From NCBI RefSeq assembly GCF_022045235.1, contig NW_027266267.1:42656001-42720000 (forward strand): a stretch of DNA of 64,000 nt, given 5' to 3'. The translations under genes and the position numbers were made by a program. Positions 1 to 48,600 of the stretch are shown one piece after another. This DNA comes from Haliotis cracherodii (lineage: Eukaryota). The notes under the pieces were generated by a model. It had not been told where the DNA came from. It was given only the letters and a program-made list of their open reading frames with translations, and did no database searches. Numbering within the stretch: position 1 is the first letter of the stretch; each line of letters begins with the position of its first letter.

Positions 1-86
1 AGTTGGCGGGAGGTAGGTATGTACATTCTCTGTGGAAGCCGAACATCAAGCAGCCATTTTCGTTCATTGCAGTATGTGTATCACAT

Positions 87-251
87 AGTGAGTGAGTGAG
101 TGAGTATGGCTTAACGCCGCTTTTAGCAATATTCAAGCAACATCACGACGGGGGACATCAGAAATGGGTTTCAGACATTGTACCCATGTCGGAAACGAGC
201 CCGGGTATTTGGCGTGAAGAGCGAACGCTTTAACCACTATGCTACCCGCCC
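87..251 (-). mobile_element. tRNA-derived SINE family A
   Basis: Matches the other copies; (TCAC)n tail. Confidence 0.8.
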
Positions 252-595
252 CTTATCACAGGTGAGTATGTTAACAATGAAAGCTGATATAACAATAAAA
301 ATGGGGAGACATAATATGTGCAGAAAGACTGATATAATGTCAGCACTGGAACAGCCATGAGACACATTTTCTCACCTGTATCAGACCATATAGGACCAGT
401 ATTGGGACGGCCACAACGAGAAACAATGGCGTGCCGTATGAGATGATGGTGACGATGGTAACGAACCTGGACACATTGTTCTCACCTGTATCACAACGTA
501 TAGGACCAGTATTGGGACGGCCACAACGAGAAACAATGGCGTGCCGTATGAGATGATGGTGACGATGGTAACGAACCTGGACACATTGTTCTCAC

Positions 596-35722
<35,127 letters not shown>

Positions 35723-36579
35723 CTGGAATACAGAACATCATATTATCGGGGGAGGACTGTCTTATGTGGAGGTGGAGGAAAAAGACCTGGAGAGTCAGCC
35801 TCAACCAGCCACGCGGCACCCACACCAGCACTGTGTGATGGAAGCATGGTGAGAACTCGGGCCATGTGTTGTTCAACAACAGATCCACGTCCTGGAATAC
35901 AGAACATACTATTGGGGGAGGACTGTCTTATGTGGAGGTGGAGGAGGAAGACCTGGAGAGTCAGCCACAGCCAGCCACGCGGCACCCACACCCGAATCAT
36001 GTGAAGGATGCAAGATGAGAACTCGGGCCACGAGTTGATCAACAACAAGATCCACGTCCTGGGATACAAAACATTGCTTGACCCACAACATCTAACATGA
36101 TTCAAGCTAAGCTAAAAAGAATAGATGTTGAATGGCTGTGCTCTGGAGCAAATTCCCCAACCCCAAGCTTGGCTCAGAATAGGTTAAAACAGGTGTTGAT
36201 GGTACTCTTGAGCACCAAGTCTGACCCAAACCTGGCTGTAGCACAATACACACATTGTTACAACTAAACCCACACAAACTAATCTAAACCACTAGTTCGA
36301 CTAAACTACTAGTTAAACTAAACCATAACAGTGGGTTCGAATCCCGGTTCGCCCCAATTATGTTTCTAGGTTTGTCAGCACAATATCCGTGCTCATGGGT
36401 TTCACCGAAAGGGTAAACGTCTGAGATCGCATCACTTCGGGCTTTCCTCCCATTTTAAGCTGACACGCCATGATATAACAGGAATACTGTTAAACCCCAC
36501 TCACTCACTCACTCACTCCAGATAAATCAAAGATTTAATATTTTGTGATAACTAATGTGTTTTGTGATGCTGGCATGCA

Positions 36580-37170
36580 TGAATGATAAAGCTGTAGTAA
36601 TCCTCCAGGTACAGATGGGATAAAACTGTAGTAAACCTCTAGGAATCAAGTATGACAACAATGTAGTAACCATCTTGGAACAAGAATGATAACGTTGTAG
36701 TAATCCTCTAGGTACAGGTGGAATAAAGCTGTAATAGCCCTCTAGGTACAGGTGGGGTAAAGCTGTAGTAACCTTCTAGGAACTAGTATGATACAACTGT
36801 ACTAATCCTCTAGGCACAGGTGGGATAAAACTGTGGTAACCGTCTAGGAACAAGTATGATACAACTGTAGTAATCCTCTAGGAACAAGTATGATACAGCT
36901 GTAGTAATCCTCTGGGCACAGGTGTGATAACATTGTGGTAATCCTCTAGGAACAAATAGGATACAGCTGTAATAATCATCTAGGTACAGGTGGGATAAAA
37001 CTGTAGTAAACCTCTAGGAACAAGTATGATAAAATGTAGTAATCCTCTAGATACATGTGAGATAACATTGTGGTAAACCTCTAGGAACAGGTGTGATAAC
37101 ATTGTGGTAAACCTCTAGGTACAGGTGTGATAAAACTGTAGAAACCCTCTAGGTTCCGGTGTGACAAAGC
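36580..37170. repeat. ~35-bp degenerate minisatellite
   Basis: gataaaactgtagtaatcctctaggtacaggtgg variants. Confidence 0.85.
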
Positions 37171-38380
37171 AATAATAATGTTCGTATTATAATCGCTATA
37201 CAAGTATCAATCATTACCTCTCTCAATACTTGGTGATAAGTGTGTAGTCCTAATCACTATCATCAGCGAAAAATAATTATAAATATTCTACAGTTTAAAG
37301 ATTTTAAAGGTCTTATGCCACTTCTGCAGTTTGATCACCGTAATACAATAATAAACAAATAATCAATACCAATCAATATGACCACTCAAAATGTGTTATA
37401 TGTCAACAGCTACAGCATTCCATTAATTGAAGATTTTAAAGGCGCTATCCTTTTTCTGGTCAAGGTGATATGAGTAATAATGTAGTAAAAAATTATTTTA
37501 CATAAACAATATTGACCCATTGCATTCAGCTTCTGCACTCACATGTATGCCAAGAAGAAATCTAAATATTTCATTAGTTGTAGATTTTAAAGGCCTTATC
37601 CCACTTCTGGTCGAGGGGACATGAGTAATGATACAGTTACAAATCTCTTCAAATTAGCAATACTCACCCATTGCATTCAGATGCATTCTGCACATGTCAT
37701 TTACTATCATCAGTGAAAAGATCTTAGGACTCCATAAATTGTAGATTTTAAAGATTTATTCTGTAACCAGGATTCTATATTTGATCTTCGGATCAGGAGA
37801 CAATACAACAGGAACAAAACAACTCGATGGTCAATACGATGAGTTATTTATTCAAATGTTTTCGAAATACAGTAATCAGTTGTTTCACAAACGTACTTAA
37901 AGCAATCCGAAAACTGGGAAATCTGAAAACTGTAATATTTTTTCCTAACTTACGTCTACCTGGTTCGGACCATGTTTCTCATACTAACACCACTGACTAA
38001 GCTCTGACCTATTAATGCCTCGTAAATCTTATTGGTTGTTTATCTGTCAACTATAGCTTTCTAAATAGCCCCGAGATTTACCTACTCTTTCAAATACACG
38101 TCCCCTGTTCAGAAAACAAACAGTTAATTAAGGGTAAATGTTTGCTATCTCCGTCCCCCGTTTGACATACATTGAGAACTTTTATATACATACACAGATA
38201 CATATATATACATTTAAATAAAACGTTTACATACTCTAAGTATACTTCATACACAAGTAAAAAAATATCAATTAATTATTTTTTAATTATATAAACATAA
38301 CCGGGAGTGTAACTATCTTCTGGTCGAGGAGAAATGAGTAATTATATAGTAACAAATCCCATAAAATTAGCACTATTCAC

Positions 38381-38464
38381 CCATTGCATTCAGGTTCTGC
38401 TCATCAGCCATAAAGAATGAAGGTAGCTTCAAATGTAGGATGTATGGAGTGTTCCCTCTGTTGT
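38381..38464 (-). CDS. Candidate start-codon exon of the ABCC1-like gene (5'UTR + ATG CAA TGG = MQW, phase 0 into DVDLLL)
   Basis: TGA ATG CAA TGG|gtgaat at 38389-38381 gives a W|D junction like MRP1 exon 1/2; cctgcag acceptor at 38465; alternative copy with gtgagt donor ends at 37668. Confidence 0.35.
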
Positions 38465-39662
38465 CTGCAGGTGTAGGATGTATGGAGTGTTCCCTCTGTT
38501 GTCTGCAGGTGTAGGATGTATAGAGTGTGCCCTCCATTATCTGCAGGTGTAGGATGTATAGAGTGTGCCCTCCATTATCTGCAGGTGTACGGTGTATAGA
38601 GTGTGCCCTCCATTATCTGCAGGTGTAGGGTGTATAGAGTGTGCCCTCTGTTGTCTGCAGGTGTAGGATGTATAGATTGTGCCCTCTGTTGTCTGCAGGT
38701 GTAGCATGTATAGAATGTGCCCTCTGTTGTCTGCAGGTGTAGGATGTATAGAATGTGCCCTCTGTTGTCTGCAGGTGTAGGATGTATAGAATGTGCCCTC
38801 TTTGTCTGCGGGTGTAGGATGTATGGAGTGTTCCCTCTGTTGTCTGCAGGTGTGGGATGTATGGAGTGTTCCCTCTGTCGTTGGCAGGTGTGGGATGTAT
38901 GGAGTGTGGCCTCTGTAGTCTTAAAGTGTAGGATGTATAGAATGTGTCCTCTGTTGTCTGCAGGTGTAGGATGTTTGGAGTGTTCCCTCTGTTGTCTGCA
39001 GGTGTAGGGTGTATAGAATGCCGCCCTCTGTTGTCTGCAGGTGTAGGATGAATGGAGTGTTCCCTCTGTTGTCTGTAGGTGTAGGATGTATGGAGTGTGG
39101 CCTCTGTAGTCTAAAAGTGTAGGAAGTATAGGGTGTGTCCTCTGTAGTCTGCAGGTGTAGGATGTTCTCTGTTGTCTGCAGGTGTAGGATTTATGAGGTG
39201 TTCCCTCTATAGTCTGCAGGTGTATGGGTGTATAAAGCGTCCCCTCTGTTGTCTGCAGGTGTACGAAGTATAGAGTGTGTCCTCTGTAGTCTGCAGCTGT
39301 AGGATGTATATAGCGTGCCCTCTGTAGTCTGCACGTGTAGGATGTGATCTGTAGTCTAAAAACGTTTCTGAATCGTGGCAACTACTCAAACTATATCCTT
39401 ACTTTGTGGAGTGAGTGAGTGAAAATGTATCTTGTAGGGTGGTAGGGTGTACCCTCTGTAGTCTGCAGGTGTAGGATGTATAGGGTGTACCCTCTGTAGT
39501 CTGCAGGTGTAGGACGTATAGGGTGTGCCCTCTGTAGTCGGCAGGTGTAGGGTGTATAGACTGAACCCTCTGTAGTCTGCAGGTGTAGGACGTGTAGGGT
39601 GTGTCCTCTGTTGTATGCAGGTGTAGGATGTATAGGGTGTACCCTCTGTTTTCTGCGGGTAA
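38430..39662. repeat. 37-bp minisatellite (ctgcaggtgtaggatgtatagagtgtgccctctgttgt); minus strand has acceptor-like cctacacctgcag
   Basis: About 30 copies with a short interruption near 39360-39430. Confidence 0.9.
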
Positions 39663-39757
39663 ATACTTGTTCACATCATAAGTTTTCAAGAAATGGGCTT
39701 TAAGACTGTATGCATTTAAACTTCTTGTACGTAATGATATGAGTGTTCTTTCAACAG

Positions 39758-39913
39758 AGGGGCGGTCGGGTAGCCTAGTGGTTAAAGCGTTCGCTCGTCG
39801 CCGAAGACCAGGGTTCGATTCCCGACATGGGCACAATGTGTGAAGCCCATTTCTGGTGTGATATTGCTGAAATATTGCTAAAAGCGGCGTAAAACCATAC
39901 TCAGTAACTCACT
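39758..39913 (+). mobile_element. SINE family A
   Basis: A and B boxes; TSD-like tctttcaa. Confidence 0.85.
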
Positions 39914-40251
39914 CTTTCAAAAGCCAGAATCTACACAGACGTTTGGCGATTATTGTGATTTGATTTGTCAAATATACCACTTTCAACTACTGGAAAATGT
40001 TTTTGTTTTGGAAGCTGCATTATAGGTTTGCCACATCATTATCATTGAGAAAGTCAATCGTAGTGATAGTCATAGGTTATCTGTAACTTTGGACATATAC
40101 TGTAGACAAGCGGGCTCAATAAGACGTTCGATACGGATCCCTATATCGTGAATCACAACGGTATAAGGATCTATACGAAAACATCACCTTTACAGAAATT
40201 ATTATCCATAAATTGTCTTAACTTTGTCATCCACCAACTTCTAAGTGACGC

Positions 40252-41052
40252 AAACAATCAAACAACTCATCCGTCGTCTCCATGGGGACAGGGCAATCAA
40301 CACCGTGAACAACCTCACAGTTTGCTTGAAGACAGAAATATACAAATGTATCAATGACGTATGCTATCCCAAAACAAGATAATTACTTTTCAGAAATAAT
40401 GTTAGATTCTGATGATTCAATGATCAATTTCCCTTTTCCTTATTCTTAAAGAAATAAACCAAAACACATTCACTGAGCTAGAGACGATAATTATAGAAAT
40501 TTAAAACAGTGTAAGAGAAAACTTCAGAAGTATCAATGAAAGTATGTTATCAAGTCTTTCAAAAGATGAATTTTATCTTACAAAACTACTAGAAGATGAG
40601 ATACATGGAATACAGATATGACATTTAATCCAAAGGCCGAAGGAGAAAACAAGCATCCAATTACTTCTGACTTCTTGTGAATATAAAGTACACAAGTAAC
40701 GGTTTACTCTTAGAAAACTAATAACAGACCTTGTGTTTTCTCAAGAGAATTTTTTAATTGTTTTGGAAAGTTGTAGAAATGTGGAATTATAGACATATAT
40801 AATATACAAAAAATAACAACCAAATGTTGTTTGTTGTCAAATGAATAGTGGTGTCATAGCATGTATTCATAACTTAATTCAAAAAATGTTGCAAAATGAC
40901 ACCCTTGACGATCCGGGGTAGAATAGGTCTTCAACAACCCATTCTTGCCGTAAAAGGCAACTATGCTTGTCGTAAGAGGCGACTAACGGGATGCATGTCA
41001 TCGATCCCAATTGTGTGGATCGATGCTCATGATATCATTCACTGGATTGTCT
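40252..41052 (+). repeat. ~0.7-0.8-kb direct duplication of 50684-51361
   Basis: Shared caatcaaacaactcatccgtcgtctccatggggacagggc... continuing into the family B SINE. Confidence 0.88.
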
Positions 41053-42415
41053 GTCTCTCCCACCGAATTAATCACAAAACCCCTAAATCCTTAAAAACTC
41101 AAACACACCCTTTCATCTCAAACTCTTACAAATAACAAACACCTTATCCTCCCCCATCTCCTCAACACAACTCGCACTCATTTCTAATCACCACCCACTC
41201 CCACCACTCACCTCTATAACACCACTCAAACACACCCTTTGTCCCGCTCCTAAAATCAACAAACACCTAGTCCCCCCTCCCCCTCCTCCTCCCCCCCCCC
41301 CCCCCCCCCCCCCATCTCCTAAACACAACTCACACTCTTTCCTACTCACCACCCACGCCCACCACTCACCTCTTTAAATACATACCTCCACTCCTTCGAC
41401 TAGATATTCACGGCAGAACTAATGGGCATGGCCTCAGCCCTCCATAATCAAGAATAAAAAAAACCAAAAAAAATCCTTATACTTACCGACTACCTAAGTG
41501 GACTGCAAGCCCTCCAATACAAAAATACCAAAAACCGACCTAAATTAATAAATCAAATACTTAAAAGCTCCAACGACCTAACTAAGGCAGGCAAACAAAT
41601 AACCTTCTTGTGGATACCCGCCCACGTAGGCATATACGGTAATGAAAACGCCGATAAGGCAGCCAAACTATCCCTCAAAATCCCAGAAATAAGCTTAAAC
41701 TTACCCATCTCAAAATCAGAAATTAAAAGTGTAAACAAGCAAAAAATCACCAAAAAATGGCATAACCTTTATCTAAACTCAAATAGCCAAATTAAAAAAG
41801 TGCTCAGCAAACAACTAACCAAACCAAAAATTCTCCATCCATCAAAAAAATCGACAGAGTAATCACTAAACTCCAAACAGGACACACCAACCTAAATAAC
41901 CACCTAAAAAAATAAAAAAACAAACTACAGGTAACTGCCCACACTGCAAACAACTAGAAACCCCAGAACACGCACTCATCCACTGCACACACTACCTAAC
42001 ACATCGAACCGTATACAAACCACCCTCATTCTAAACAAGGCTCTCACTCTAGAAGCAATACTAAACCCACAAAATAAACTAGAAAACTTCAAGGCCTTAG
42101 GCGTATTCTTAATCAAAACGGAACTAATAAAACGCATGTAAAAACAGTATAATCTACCAAATCAAAATCACATAAACAAACAAACATCCACCATACCCAG
42201 CTCCCTTAGTTGAACTCCCCAACCCCATCGGCATCTATTCCAAATCTCAAAATTCCCAAATTCTATATAAGCAGCCCCTAAAGCCCCCTCTTGGGTTGCA
42301 CAGACCACTTTTTCCCCATTTCGGAAACACATTAAATGGCCTGGCCGGGCCCGTGTGCGAAATACGCATCAGTCCGAAAGCGCACATTAAATCTCCAAAG
42401 TAAGTAAGTAAGTAA
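41053..42415 (+). mobile_element. 3' part of an RNase H-bearing LINE (I/Nimb-like), degenerate, ends in (AAGT)n
   Basis: WIPAHVGIYGNENADKAAK RNase H motif, CxxC...H.L..C zinc finger, aagtaagtaagtaagt tail. Confidence 0.8.
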
Positions 42416-43403
42416 ACTAAATATCTCCTAATCCCCGCTTTCCACTACTCTCATCTAAATCAATACTTCAAACAACACCTTAATCTCAAACCCACGCCCA
42501 TCCACAAGGCTCTCTTCATAACTACATACGCCCTCTTCATCTTTTCAACAGTCTTTTCAACAGCCAAAATCCTCTCCACAGCATACACAACAAACAAAAT
42601 AGGAATTGGGTTCAAACGACACAACATCCCCTACTCTAAGATAAAACGCCAAAACAAGGGTTTCCAAATTATACTTCCAAACCTACACGCTTTCAGATCA
42701 GCCCAACAAATAAGACAAATCTTTGAAGTAAACGTCACAACTGAAATCCCATACTGGCAAACAGTTACCCGAGGTGTCATAAGAGTCAGCCCTAGAGACA
42801 CGGACGAGGACCTCACACTATACACCCAAAAGGCTCGCTCCATCACACACACAACCCAAAAGTGTCAGTACCCGCAGAATATACACAACTAGGAATGGAA
42901 AATCTCACCCCACACAAACCGTAATCATCAATTTCATAAAATGAGAAAAAAATCCAAAAGCTCCAGAAACTGTCTCTTTCGGCGCCCCCCAAAATGTAGA
43001 AATTAAACCTTATATCAAACCAGTCAAACAATGTACTAAATGCCTAAAGTATAACCACACGACCTCCCAATGTACGTCTAAAATAACAAAATGCAAAAAA
43101 ATGCGCCCAACCACATTGTCTAGGATCATGCGCCTCGTTGTGCATACAGTGCAAAACTATAACTCACACCTCACTATCAAATCACTGCCCCCACAGATAC
43201 ACCCTCACACAACAGGCAAACAAACACATACACATCGACACAGCAAAACTACAAACAAGAAAACCAGCACCACGCACATCCAAACCACTTCTCCCCACAC
43301 CACAGACGAACATCATACCATTACCAAAACCAACCCAGCAGCACACACAACATCTAGAAAACATAAAATCTGTTTAGGACACGTCTACCGAAAATACCTT
43401 TAT

Positions 43404-43817
43404 GGTTTAAACATATTTTTATTTCAAAAGAAATCTGGATCGGTAAACAAGCAAAACTTGCTTATGTAAATACCTTTCCAGGTAATAACTTTACAACAGC
43501 TGGTTATATATCAGATTATATGTAAGATAGTGCTAAACATAAACATACTAAATGCACAAATGAAATATATGAAGCCAATACAAGTGGTGTCTGTGAAATA
43601 AGATATAGCAGTTTTCCATTACTACATGCATAGAATTAAGCTACTCGAATCTTTTGCTTTTGACAATGAAATCGTGAACTGATTTAAGAAAAGTCATGTT
43701 TGTAGAACTGCTAACTGAACTATTGCCATGTAATATCGTTTTTAAATCATACCCATGTGTGTAGAAGTACATAGTGTTTCTGATATTATCGTATTTTTGA
43801 TGGGTATAAAAAAAGTG
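43404..43817 (-). mobile_element. Short 5'-truncated copy of the same CR1-like LINE, opposite orientation
   Basis: Reverse complement of ~45232-45649; TSD aatacctttat at 43393-43403 and 43818-43828. Confidence 0.85.
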
Positions 43818-44239
43818 AATACCTTTATCGCACCTAACCCACCAACATCCAGGAGATCTCTAACGGCAGAGTTCTTCAGACACAACAACGCCACAACATC
43901 TACACCCGCAGGCAAAACAAGCCGCAGAGCAAGCAGCATACCAATACCGACACTAGGGCAACAACTACCAGACCAAAACAAGCACAACAACCAAACATCG
44001 CAGCCTCCAAATCAACCATCACCAACAAACAAACACAACAGCGACCCACAACACGACAAAAAAACCCACAACAAACCAACATGGACACCTCAACCCAAAC
44101 ATTAAGCGAAGAAGACTCACTCGACACATCCAATGTCTTCCTAAAAAAAAATAAAAAATATAACCATAAAACACAAAACCAGACAGGATTCAAAACCCTA
44201 AACAACCTTACAATGTTACTAGCATATATACTCAAACAA

Positions 44240-45649
44240 GGTACCGAGAGTAATATACGCCTGTTCGCAGACGATGCATCTAAACATCTCATTGATAATC
44301 AAATCTCTGCAGCAAATTGTATCAACAATGATTTGGCAAAAATCTCAAACTGGGCCCGAAAATGGCAAGTAAGTTTCAATCCCGATAAGACCAAAACTAT
44401 AACATTCAGTCGCAAAGTCAATTCTGGTTTTAGACCAAATTTATACATGGAGTGTCCTGTTATTGAAGATGTACAAAGTCACAAACATTTAGGAATTATA
44501 CTTCAATCTGATTGTTCATGGAAAATACATATTAACGAAATTATTAAAAAAATCAGTCCAATGATCAACTGCCTAAGGAGCTTTAAATACAGACTAACAA
44601 GAAATACGCTTGAAACTATGTACACATCTTTTATCCTACCAATCTTCGACTACTGCTGTAATATTTGGGACAACTGTACAAACGAACAATCATTGTTACT
44701 CGAGAATTTACATTTGGACGCATTGAGAACTATTTGTGGGGCGGTTCGGTGTACCAGTCATGTTAAGATTTATAACGAAACAAACTTTCAGTCCTTAAAA
44801 GAACGACGACACCGCTTCAAATTGATTACATTTTACAAAATGAAAAACAGTATTTCACCTGTATATCTCAACGATCTCATTCCAAGATCAGTCTCTGATA
44901 ATAGCAATTATAACAATAGAAATAGATCTAACATACAAACAATCAAATGTAGAACCCAGACCTCTGCTAAATCATTTCTTCCAGATACGATTAACCTGTG
45001 GAACACTCTACCCAGTGAAGTTACTAATTCTTGCTCATTAAAAGAATTCAAATCCTTAGTTGATCGTTCTGATGCAATTATTAATAATTTTGACTTAAAA
45101 CACGGTAATAGATAATGTCAAATTGTCCACTGTCGCCTTAGACTCGGCTGCAGTGACCTAAATGCTGATAAGTTTAGACGACATGTATCAGACATGTCAG
45201 ACTGCACTTGTGGGTATCACTTTGAAGACGGAATTCACTTTTTCTATACCTGTCAAAAATACGATAATATCAGAAACACTATGTATTTCTACACACATGG
45301 GTATGATTTAAAAACGATATTACATGGCAATAGTTCAGTTAGCAGTTCTACAAACATGACTTTTCTTAAATCAGTTCACGATTTCATTGTCAAAAGCAAA
45401 AGATTCGAGTAGCTTAATTCTATGCATGTAGTAATGGAAAACTGCTATATCTTATTTCACAGACACCACTTGTATTGGCTTCATATATTTCATTTGTGCA
45501 TTTAGTATGTTTATGTTTAGCACTATCTTACATATAATCTGATATATAACCAGCTGTTGTAAAGTTATTACCTAGAGAGGTATTTACATAAGCAAGTTTT
45601 GCTTGTTTACCGATCCAGATTTCTCTTGAAATAAAAATATGTTTAAACC
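44240..45649 (+). mobile_element. 5'-truncated CR1/L2-group LINE (RT C-terminus + 3'UTR)
   Basis: IRLFADD, HKHLGIILQSDCSW, PIFDYCCNIWD; AATAAA; TSD atactcaaacaa at 44228-44239 and 45650-45661. Confidence 0.85.
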
Positions 45650-48600
45650 ATACTCAAACAAAACACCCCCAGCGCCAACATTAAATCCTTTCACACAGTG
45701 GCTTCCAAACTAAATCTTACTAGTCTCTCTTTTGAATACTTCAATAACACATTAAAAGAAAACTAAAAATAGAAACCACAACAACCTACGCCTAAACAAA
45801 ACTTAATCCCCAAACTCGAAGCTCTCTAAATAATGGAAGGACTACAAATATTACGGTGGAATGCCAATGGACTGGCCGCCCACGGCCACGAATTAAAAAT
45901 TATGTTTCGGAAAAACCTAGGTCCTCATATCATATGCGTTCACTTCTCCCCAAAATCTAAATTCACCCTACCTAATCATAACTTGGTAAGACTCGACAGA
46001 GTTAAATCTCGACAAGGCAGAGCAGGCGGTGGCCTAATCATATATGTAAGGGAGGACATAAACCATAAAGAAATACCAATTAAAACCCAAAATCTTGACG
46101 CTGATGGTATACAAATAACTCATCACAACCAAAAAATAAACATTGCAAACATATACAACTGGACAGTGAAACAAATTAAACCTGAAGACTTATAAACCCT
46201 TAATCAGCTAAGCCATAAATCCACCATCTTTTTAGGGGACTTAAACGCCAACCACCCTTCCTGGGGTGTTAAAGATAAAACAGACCAAAACGGCAAACTC
46301 ATAGCCGAATGGATAGGACAAAAAAACTAATGCTACTAAATAACAACCAATTGCAACCAACTAGATATGATAAAAAAATCAAAATATGTCAGCCATAGAC
46401 CTAACAATCTGTACCCCTGATCTCGCCCAAAGCACTTTGTGGGAGGTGCATGAAGACCCACTTGGCAGCGACCACTTTCCAATCCACATAACCACAGGAA
46501 ATATAAATATCCAAACCCCAAATGAACCCCAAGAACCAAATTTCAATGAAAACAAGGCAGACTGAGACATTCAAAGCACTATGCAAACAGATCAACCCAG
46601 CGGATCTCGAAAATAAAGACCCCGAACAATACTGCCAAGACTTAACAGAATGCATAATCAACATAGAGAAAAAAACTATCCCCTTCACAACACCAATAAT
46701 AGGCATAACCACAGTACCCTGGTGGACCGAGGAAATTTAAAAAAATAGGAAAAAACGCAAAAGCGCAGTTAATAAAGCAACACGAGACTACACATATCTA
46801 AAGATAGCACATCAATTAAACCATGAAGTACAAAGCTTAGTCAAAACGGCAAAAGCCAAAAACTGGAAAAAATTCTGCGAAGAAATAAACCATCGCAAAT
46901 AAATGGGGTTTCGCAATAAATGCCGAAAACCCACAGGGATAGTATTCAAACACAGAAATGTGCGTGCAAACACCTCCAAACTACAACTAAACAAAAGAAC
47001 CATACAATTCCAAAAAGAAACCAAATTGTTTGGACTAATCTTTGATCAACACCTCACCTTGGGTGCTCACATTAAAAACCTAACAAATAGATGCACTAAA
47101 GACCTAAACACGCTACGCTGTCTGACAGGCTCCAACTGGGGAGCCTCCAAGGAGACCCTACTATCACTTTCCAAACCACTAATTAGATCAAAAATAGACT
47201 ATGGATGCCAAATATACAACACCTTTAACTCCTGATTAAGCCATAAACTAAACTCAATTCAATATCAAGCACTCAAGATAAACACACGCACTCAGCATTG
47301 TACGCCGCGCATATCGCTACAGGCACTAACAGGCGAAATACCCCTGGATCTACGCCGAGAACATCTTACAATAAATTACTGGGCCTCAACCAAACAAAAC
47401 CAACAAATCCAACAGATCCTTAAAACTAACATAAGCCCCAGACTCCAAGCTCTAGCTCGCAAAAAAACTCAATTAACACCAATCTCTCAACGCATAATAA
47501 ATTACCTAAATACACACAACCTAAATAATTTACAGTTAAACACAGCCCCAAATAATACCTTCACACCCAAACTTCAACCCCCTAAAATCGACATATCTCT
47601 CTCCACTAGACTAAATAAAGAAACTGATCCAAATTGGTGTCACATTTACACAGACGGGTCCTTTGACACGGGCTCAAAACGCACAGGATTCGGCATCCAT
47701 ATCAACAAACCCCCAAAAGAAACACAATCATATAGGCTCCCAAATAATCAATTTTCACAGCCGAATTAATGGGGATAGTAACAGCCCTGCACAGTGATCA
47801 AACAAATAGACACCTAAAAACCCTAATCCTTTCAGACTCATTAAGTAGGCTCCAGGCCATAAAAAAACAAAAACACAAAAAAACGCCCAAAACTAATACA
47901 ACACATAATTTAAAGCGCCAACAAACTACGTAAACTAGGTAAAGACATAGAAATGGTTTGGACCCCTGCCCACGTTGGAGTGTTTGGCAACGAACACACA
48001 GACAAAGCAGCCAAATCAGCACTAAAATTAGAAGAAGTAAGCATCAACCTACCAATATCAAAAAACGAAATTAAAAGTATCACAAAAGAAAAAAACGTCA
48101 AAAAGTGGCAAAATAACTATCAGAAATCTGATTGCAAACTAATAGACCTGCTAAAAAAGCCACTCCAAAAACCCAAAATCCATCATAAAACCAAAAAAAA
48201 ATGACAGAGTAATAACTAAACTACAAACAGGCCACATTAAGTTAAACTCCAACCTGCACCAAATTAAAAAACACAAAACCAGTAAATGCCTCCACTGCAA
48301 CTTAAAAGAAACGCCCAAACACGTAATACTATATTGCTCACAATACCAGCAAGACAGAACAACACTCCAATCCACACTAAATTGCAACAATCCAATGACA
48401 CTAGCAACTTTACTGAACCCCCTAAATGACTTAAAAACCTTTAAAGCACTGGGCATATATCTAATCAAAACAGGCCTACTTGGTCGCATTTAAAAATAAA
48501 AGTACAACAAACAAGCTGCCAATAAACCCTAAAATTCTAAACCTATAAAAGCACACAAACTCCTTTTAGTCCCTACCCCAGAACAACCAACAGATTCACC

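Larger units (their letters stand above)
42416..48560 (+). mobile_element. Degenerate I/Nimb-like LINE: ORF1 (CCHC knuckle) and ORF2 (APE, RT largely deleted, RNase H), interrupted by two CR1-like insertions
   Basis: CTKCLKYNHTTSQC at ~43032; MEGLQILRWNANGL 45833; LGDLNA; GSDHFPI; IRSKIDYGC; IYTDGS; WTPAHVGVFGNEHTDKAAK. Confidence 0.8.
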
